This document shows positions 59,928 through 64,000 of a stretch of DNA of 64,000 bases, piece after piece. Both the position numbers and the translations under genes were made by a program. The notes below the pieces were generated by a model, which saw nothing but the letters and a program-made list of their open reading frames with translations, searched no databases and was not told the DNA's origin. Source of the DNA: Minisyncoccota bacterium. GTDB lineage: Bacteria > Patescibacteriota > Minisyncoccia > Phycocordibacterales > Phycocordibacteraceae. Location: positions 2,355 through 66,354 of the forward strand of contig JBBABN010000001.1 in assembly GCA_041657665.1 (NCBI GenBank). Reading direction: 5' to 3'. Position 1 is the stretch's first letter, and every line of letters starts with the position of its first letter.

Positions 59928-60926
59928 TCAAAAAATAGCACTGAGTTTCTCGTCATTCAAATAAGCGCGGCCTTTGGGTGTAAGGATGCGGCCGCGCGCC
60001 GAGCGCTCGATGAAGCCGAGACGGAGTAGAAACGGCTCATAGACATTCTCAATAGTGTCTGATTCTTCATGAATAGCCGCTGCGAGCGCGCGGACTCCCG
60101 CCGGCCCGCCACGGAAACTTTCAAGAAGTGTTTCGAGATAGCGACGATCATCTTTGGTGAGGCCGAATGCATCAATGCCAAAAAGTTCACAGGCCTCATC
60201 ACAGAGTTTTCCAGAGAGAGATCGTTCGTGTACCTCGGAAAAATCACGAACACGCTTTAAAAGAGCATTCGCAACACGAGGTGTCGCTCGACTGCGGGCT
60301 GCTATCTGTTCAATAACATCTCCCGGTACTGAAAGTTCGAGCAAGTGAGCTGAACGTCGGATGATTTCGCGTAAATCATCATCATTATAAAAATCAAGCT
60401 GGTATACACCGCCGCCGAAGCGTGAACGCAATGGTCCCGAGAGGTCGGCGACGCGTGTGGTCGCTCCGACCAAAGTGAACGGAGGAAGAGCAAGCTCGAC
60501 CGTACGCGCCGAAGGACCTTTCCCGAGCACTATGTCGAGATGTCCCGACTCGAGAGCGGGGTAGAGGAGTTCTTCAATTTTCCGTGCGAGACGATGGATC
60601 TCGTCAATAAAGAGGACAGTGTTTGGTTCAAGGTTAGTCAGTATTGCCGCGAGGTCGCCCGCGCGTTCGATGGCAACGCCCGAAGTGCTTTTCAGAGGCG
60701 ATTCGAGCGTCGTAGCGACAAGATGAGCGAGGGTCGTCTTCCCGACGCCTGGCGGGCCATAGAAGAGGAAATGCTCAGGCATACCACCACGCTTTTTTGC
60801 CGCATCGATAGAAATTCGCACACTTGCTTTGACCTGTTTCTGGCCTACATACTCATCCCAGTGGCTGGGGCGGAGGACTGCGTCGAGCGAGGCAGTTGGC
60901 GGTGGCATTTTAACAGGACTTGACAT
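59928..60926 (-). CDS. ruvB: Holliday junction branch migration helicase RuvB
   Basis: GPPGVGKTT, DEIHRL, PFTLVGATTR, YEPFL. Confidence 0.96.
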   Translation of the reverse strand: MSSPVKMPPPTASLDAVLRPSHWDEYVGQKQVKASVRISIDAAKKRGGMPEHFLFYGPPGVGKTTLAHLVATTLESPLKSTSGVAIERAGDLAAILTNLEPNTVLFIDEIHRLARKIEELLYPALESGHLDIVLGKGPSARTVELALPPFTLVGATTRVADLSGPLRSRFGGGVYQLDFYNDDDLREIIRRSAHLLELSVPGDVIEQIAARSRATPRVANALLKRVRDFSEVHERSLSGKLCDEACELFGIDAFGLTKDDRRYLETLLESFRGGPAGVRALAAAIHEESDTIENVYEPFLLRLGFIERSARGRILTPKGRAYLNDEKLSAIF

Positions 60927-60966
60927 AAAAATTATGCGATGCTAGCATTCTATCACAGTTTCTTTG

Positions 60967-61123
60967 ATCCTATTCATAATCCTCTGGGCAAGGCTTGACG
61001 GCTTTTGGCGATTCCCCAAGGACTTTCTGGTTCGATACTTCGGTATTGACGCTGGGGAGCCCCTCAGGTGTCTCGTCTTCCCCGCCTTTTGGCGGGTTTT
61101 GCCCTGAGGATTATGGATGGGAT
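60967..61123 (+). ncRNA. Candidate rod-like structured RNA
   Basis: 18-bp + 9-bp closing stem with G-U pairs; promoter TTGACA-17-TAGCAT at 60920-60948. Confidence 0.5.
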
Positions 61124-61155
61124 GTAGATGTTCTTTTCACAATCAGGAGGTTCAA

Positions 61156-61332
61156 ATGAAAACGAGAATTAAATCTTTTTCCGGGGAAGGAAGATTTTTC
61201 GAGGAAACTGTAAATGAGTGGCTTGCAGAAGTCGGCGAGATTGAAATTATACATGTTGTTCAATCTTCTATTCCATACGAGAATGTCAGAGCGACAACAA
61301 TTCTGACATTCGTTTACCAGAAAGAAGAATAG
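61156..61332 (+). CDS. Small hypothetical protein
   Basis: AGGAGG SD; MKTRIKSF...EETVNEWL...IEIIHV. Confidence 0.7.
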   Translation: MKTRIKSFSGEGRFFEETVNEWLAEVGEIEIIHVVQSSIPYENVRATTILTFVYQKEE

Positions 61333-61350
61333 TCAGAACTCTCGCTCGAC

Positions 61351-61386
61351 AGAAATCGCCCGATTCTGTCGGGCGATTTCTTTTTA
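61351..61386 (+). terminator. Intrinsic terminator
   Basis: AGAAATCGCCCGA-TTCTG-TCGGGCGATTTCT-TTTT. Confidence 0.85.
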
Positions 61387-61420
61387 TTACTGACAAAGAA
61401 TCGCGTGATAATATGAGTTC

Positions 61421-61918
61421 ATGAAGGCTGATCAAAAGAATGTTGCGTATATAGACGGTGCGAATCTTCACAATGGAGTAAAAAATCTCTCGTGGCATTT
61501 TGATTACAAACGATTTCGTGTGTGGCTTCGTGAGAAATATGCGGTGGAGCAGGCGTATTTATTTATCGGAATGATGCCGAAATACAGTCAATTATATACA
61601 AAATTACAAGAACAGGGTTACACGCTCGTGTTTAAAGATATCATTTATGATGATAATGGAAAAGCAAAAGGGAATTGCGATGCAGATCTTGTGGTCGCTG
61701 CTATGCAAGATGCGTATGAGAATAAATTTGATACTGCTGTGCTCGTTTCGAGCGATGGTGATTATGCTCCGCTTGTAAAATTTCTTCTTGCGAAAGAAAA
61801 GATGCTGGCGGTTGTCTCGCCATACGAAACGTGTAAATGTTCGGTTTTATTGAAGCGAACAGGCGTAAAGATTTCTTATATCGCCGACCAAAGAACTATT
61901 TTGGAAGTCAGAAAATGA
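61421..61918 (+). CDS. NYN (PIN-like) domain nuclease
   Basis: YIDGANL, KGNCDADL, SSDGDY. Confidence 0.9.
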   Translation: MKADQKNVAYIDGANLHNGVKNLSWHFDYKRFRVWLREKYAVEQAYLFIGMMPKYSQLYTKLQEQGYTLVFKDIIYDDNGKAKGNCDADLVVAAMQDAYENKFDTAVLVSSDGDYAPLVKFLLAKEKMLAVVSPYETCKCSVLLKRTGVKISYIADQRTILEVRK

Positions 61919-62000
61919 AAAGCCCCCAATGAGGACGAGCCTCATCAGGGTCTTTCCGTGAGAATAAGTTTACTATACGCGAGCGGTAAAACAAAGTCAA
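61909..62000 (-). ncRNA. Candidate antisense sRNA with its promoter and terminator
   Basis: TTGACT(62000-61995)-17-TATAGT(61977-61972), then hairpin GAAAGACCCUGAUGAGG-CUCGU-CCUCAUUGGGGGCUUUUC plus U-rich tail. Confidence 0.55.
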
Positions 62001-62021
62001 TCGATATCCACAGCAGCTTTA

Positions 62022-63692
62022 CTATCTCGGGAGATCAACGGTGTCGGCAACTTCGGAGAGGGAGGTGATACCAGAGAGTGCTTTTAGAATGCCGTCTTGC
62101 ACCATCGTGAGATAACCCTGTTTCGCGGTTAGTTTTGCAATTTCATTTTCGGGCGGATTATCGCGGAGGAATGTCGCGAGTTCATCATCCATAAAGATGG
62201 CTTCGTAGAGGCCGATACGACCTCGGTAACCAGTTTCTTTATCATTTTCAGGTGCCGGTTCCCAAACAGTCTCTATTTTTTCAGGAATGAGCGATTTATC
62301 AGAAAGCGGTTCGAACACTTTTGCGATCATCGCTTTTTCTTCGTCAGTGAGTGGTCGTTCTTTTTTCTTATCCGGATCGAGTTTGCGCAGGAGTCGTTGT
62401 GCCATCGAGACAGTTACGGCTGAACCAAACGACTTCGGGTCCGCGCCGAGGTCTGCGAGGCGCGGGAATGTTCCTGCGGCATTGTTGGTGTGGAGAGTAG
62501 AGAAGACGAAGTGGCCCGTGAGCGCTGCTTGTATAGCGATATTTGCGGTTTCACCATCACGTATTTCGCCGACCATAATGATGTCGGGGTCTTGGCGGAC
62601 GATTGATTTCAATCCTTCAGCGAATGTGTATTTCGTGCCCTCAACTTGCGTCTGCACAATGCCATCGAGATGGTACTCTACTGGATCTTCAATCGTAATA
62701 ATCTTTATTTCTGGTGTATGAATCTCGCGCAAGAATGAATAGAGAGTGGTTGTTTTACCACTACCAGTTGGACCAGTGGTGAGTAACATACCGTTCGGAC
62801 GCCGAATTTCGGTCTCGAGACGCGCGAGAAGTTTCGAGTGGATACCAAGCTCTTTATACGAGACCATCGTCGCTTCAGGATTAAGAATACGCATCACGAT
62901 GGATTCGCCATAGTTCCCAGGGATGAAGGAGACACGCATTTCTACCTCACTATCTTCGTGCGAGACGGTAAAACGCCCGTCTTGTGCCCGGTTTGTCACA
63001 TTCAGCTTTACTCCCGAGAGTAGTTTGATGCGGGAATTAACTTGATGATACGTTGTTGGATCGAAGAAATACGAATCAACGAGAATGCCATCAATACGAA
63101 GACGCATACGCGTTTTTTCTTCTCCTGGTTCGAAGTGAATATCGGAAGAACGAAGAGTGAATGCTCCAGCAAGGACGGTCTCGAGAATACGAGAAACACG
63201 ATCGAGCGATTTAATTGTGGTGGCAGCATTTAACGCTTCAGTAAGTGTGTTTTGTGTGCCACTCTCTTTCGAGAATGTGGCGAGTACTTCTGGTTCAATA
63301 ATAAATCCACCAGTCTTTGCTTCGGTAGAAAAGGAAAGGTCAGCGTAATGAGAAAATGCTTTTTCCAAACTTTTTTCTGAAACGAGAAATTCTTGTAGTG
63401 AGAATCCGCGTTCTGTAAGCTCGGCATGGAGTTTTATAAATGCAGGATTGTTTGGATTATGAATTGCAAGAGAAAGTTTCTTTGCAGTGCGTGCGAAAGC
63501 GGCTACTTCAGCAGCCCGCGCTTCTTCTTCTGGAATAGTGCGTAGCGCATCGTTATCTATCTCATTTAATGAGAGGTCAACATACGTCATTTGGTACTTG
63601 TCAGAGAGGATGTGTGCGACATCCTCTTCTTCTCGTTCACGTACCTCTGCTAACTTCTTTGTTTCTTGGTCAGTATCAAATGGTAGGTCCAT
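62022..63692 (-). CDS. Second GspE/PilB-family ATPase
   Basis: [37 protein letters not shown]. Confidence 0.92.
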   Translation of the reverse strand: MDLPFDTDQETKKLAEVREREEEDVAHILSDKYQMTYVDLSLNEIDNDALRTIPEEEARAAEVAAFARTAKKLSLAIHNPNNPAFIKLHAELTERGFSLQEFLVSEKSLEKAFSHYADLSFSTEAKTGGFIIEPEVLATFSKESGTQNTLTEALNAATTIKSLDRVSRILETVLAGAFTLRSSDIHFEPGEEKTRMRLRIDGILVDSYFFDPTTYHQVNSRIKLLSGVKLNVTNRAQDGRFTVSHEDSEVEMRVSFIPGNYGESIVMRILNPEATMVSYKELGIHSKLLARLETEIRRPNGMLLTTGPTGSGKTTTLYSFLREIHTPEIKIITIEDPVEYHLDGIVQTQVEGTKYTFAEGLKSIVRQDPDIIMVGEIRDGETANIAIQAALTGHFVFSTLHTNNAAGTFPRLADLGADPKSFGSAVTVSMAQRLLRKLDPDKKKERPLTDEEKAMIAKVFEPLSDKSLIPEKIETVWEPAPENDKETGYRGRIGLYEAIFMDDELATFLRDNPPENEIAKLTAKQGYLTMVQDGILKALSGITSLSEVADTVDLPR

Positions 63693-63710
63693 AAGCGTAT
63701 AATACACCGA

Positions 63711-64000
63711 ATGGAGGCAATGGTTAAAACACTTGAAGAACTTGACGCGGAGGTGGAGCGATTTATTGGCGTACTTTCCTCGAAAGAGGGTGGTGCGACG
63801 CTTGTAACCCTCTCGGGAGACTTGGGAGCGGGCAAGACTGCCTTTACGAAGGCAGTTGCGAGAATTCTCGGGGTGGAAGAAACGGTAACCAGCCCCACCT
63901 TCGTCCTTGAGAAGATTTATCAACTTGGGGGTCCGGCCCCCAAGTTCAAACGGTTGGTACATATTGACGCATATCGGCTTGAGTCAGGGGATGATCTCGC
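63711..64000 (+). CDS. tsaE: tRNA t6A biosynthesis ATPase TsaE (partial)
   Basis: Manual translation ...[12 protein letters not shown]...[12 protein letters not shown]...HIDAYRL. Confidence 0.92.
   Translation, partial: MEAMVKTLEELDAEVERFIGVLSSKEGGATLVTLSGDLGAGKTAFTKAVARILGVEETVTSPTFVLEKIYQLGGPAPKFKRLVHIDAYRLESGDDL

Noticed and set aside
61935-61950. Third hammerhead (CTGATGA on the minus strand)
   Set aside because: There is no GAAA after the stem and no stems I or III. The motif is part of a simple hairpin.
4767-63898. Numerous short antisense or overlapping ORFs in the six-frame track
   Set aside because: They are shadows of well-supported genes, with no motifs or start signals.
62022-63962. 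646-aa ORF start at 63962
   Set aside because: The extension overlaps tsaE on the opposite strand. The ATG at 63692 is the plausible start.

Overview
Chromosomal window from a reduced-genome bacterium. The gene set, leaderless genes and repeat families suggest CPR/Patescibacteria (Parcubacteria-like; inference), using the standard genetic code. It spans the dnaA-dnaN/rpmH-rnpA-yidC origin region and housekeeping genes (pcrA, xerC/D, xth, cca, rarA, hup, rny, clpP, ppa, nusA, tpiA, pgk, recJ, rnhA, ruvB/C, four tRNAs). It also carries a MacAB-type ABC exporter, type IV pilus/competence genes and a PrgI-VirB4 cluster. The standout feature is a ~2 kb minus-strand transcription unit (28280-30260) that diverges from a TrmB-family regulator. 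In it, three small orphan genes are interleaved with two type III hammerhead ribozymes that bracket a 334-nt hairpin-dense RNA, three copies of an unrecognised k-turn-containing RNA motif, and four boxA-like motifs. Other notable signals are an antisense sRNA unit convergent with a NYN nuclease gene, a 157-nt rod-like RNA, an in-frame nonsense codon in pcrA, a (GA)10 repeat in a surface-protein gene, and several families of palindromic elements inserted in frame into proteins.
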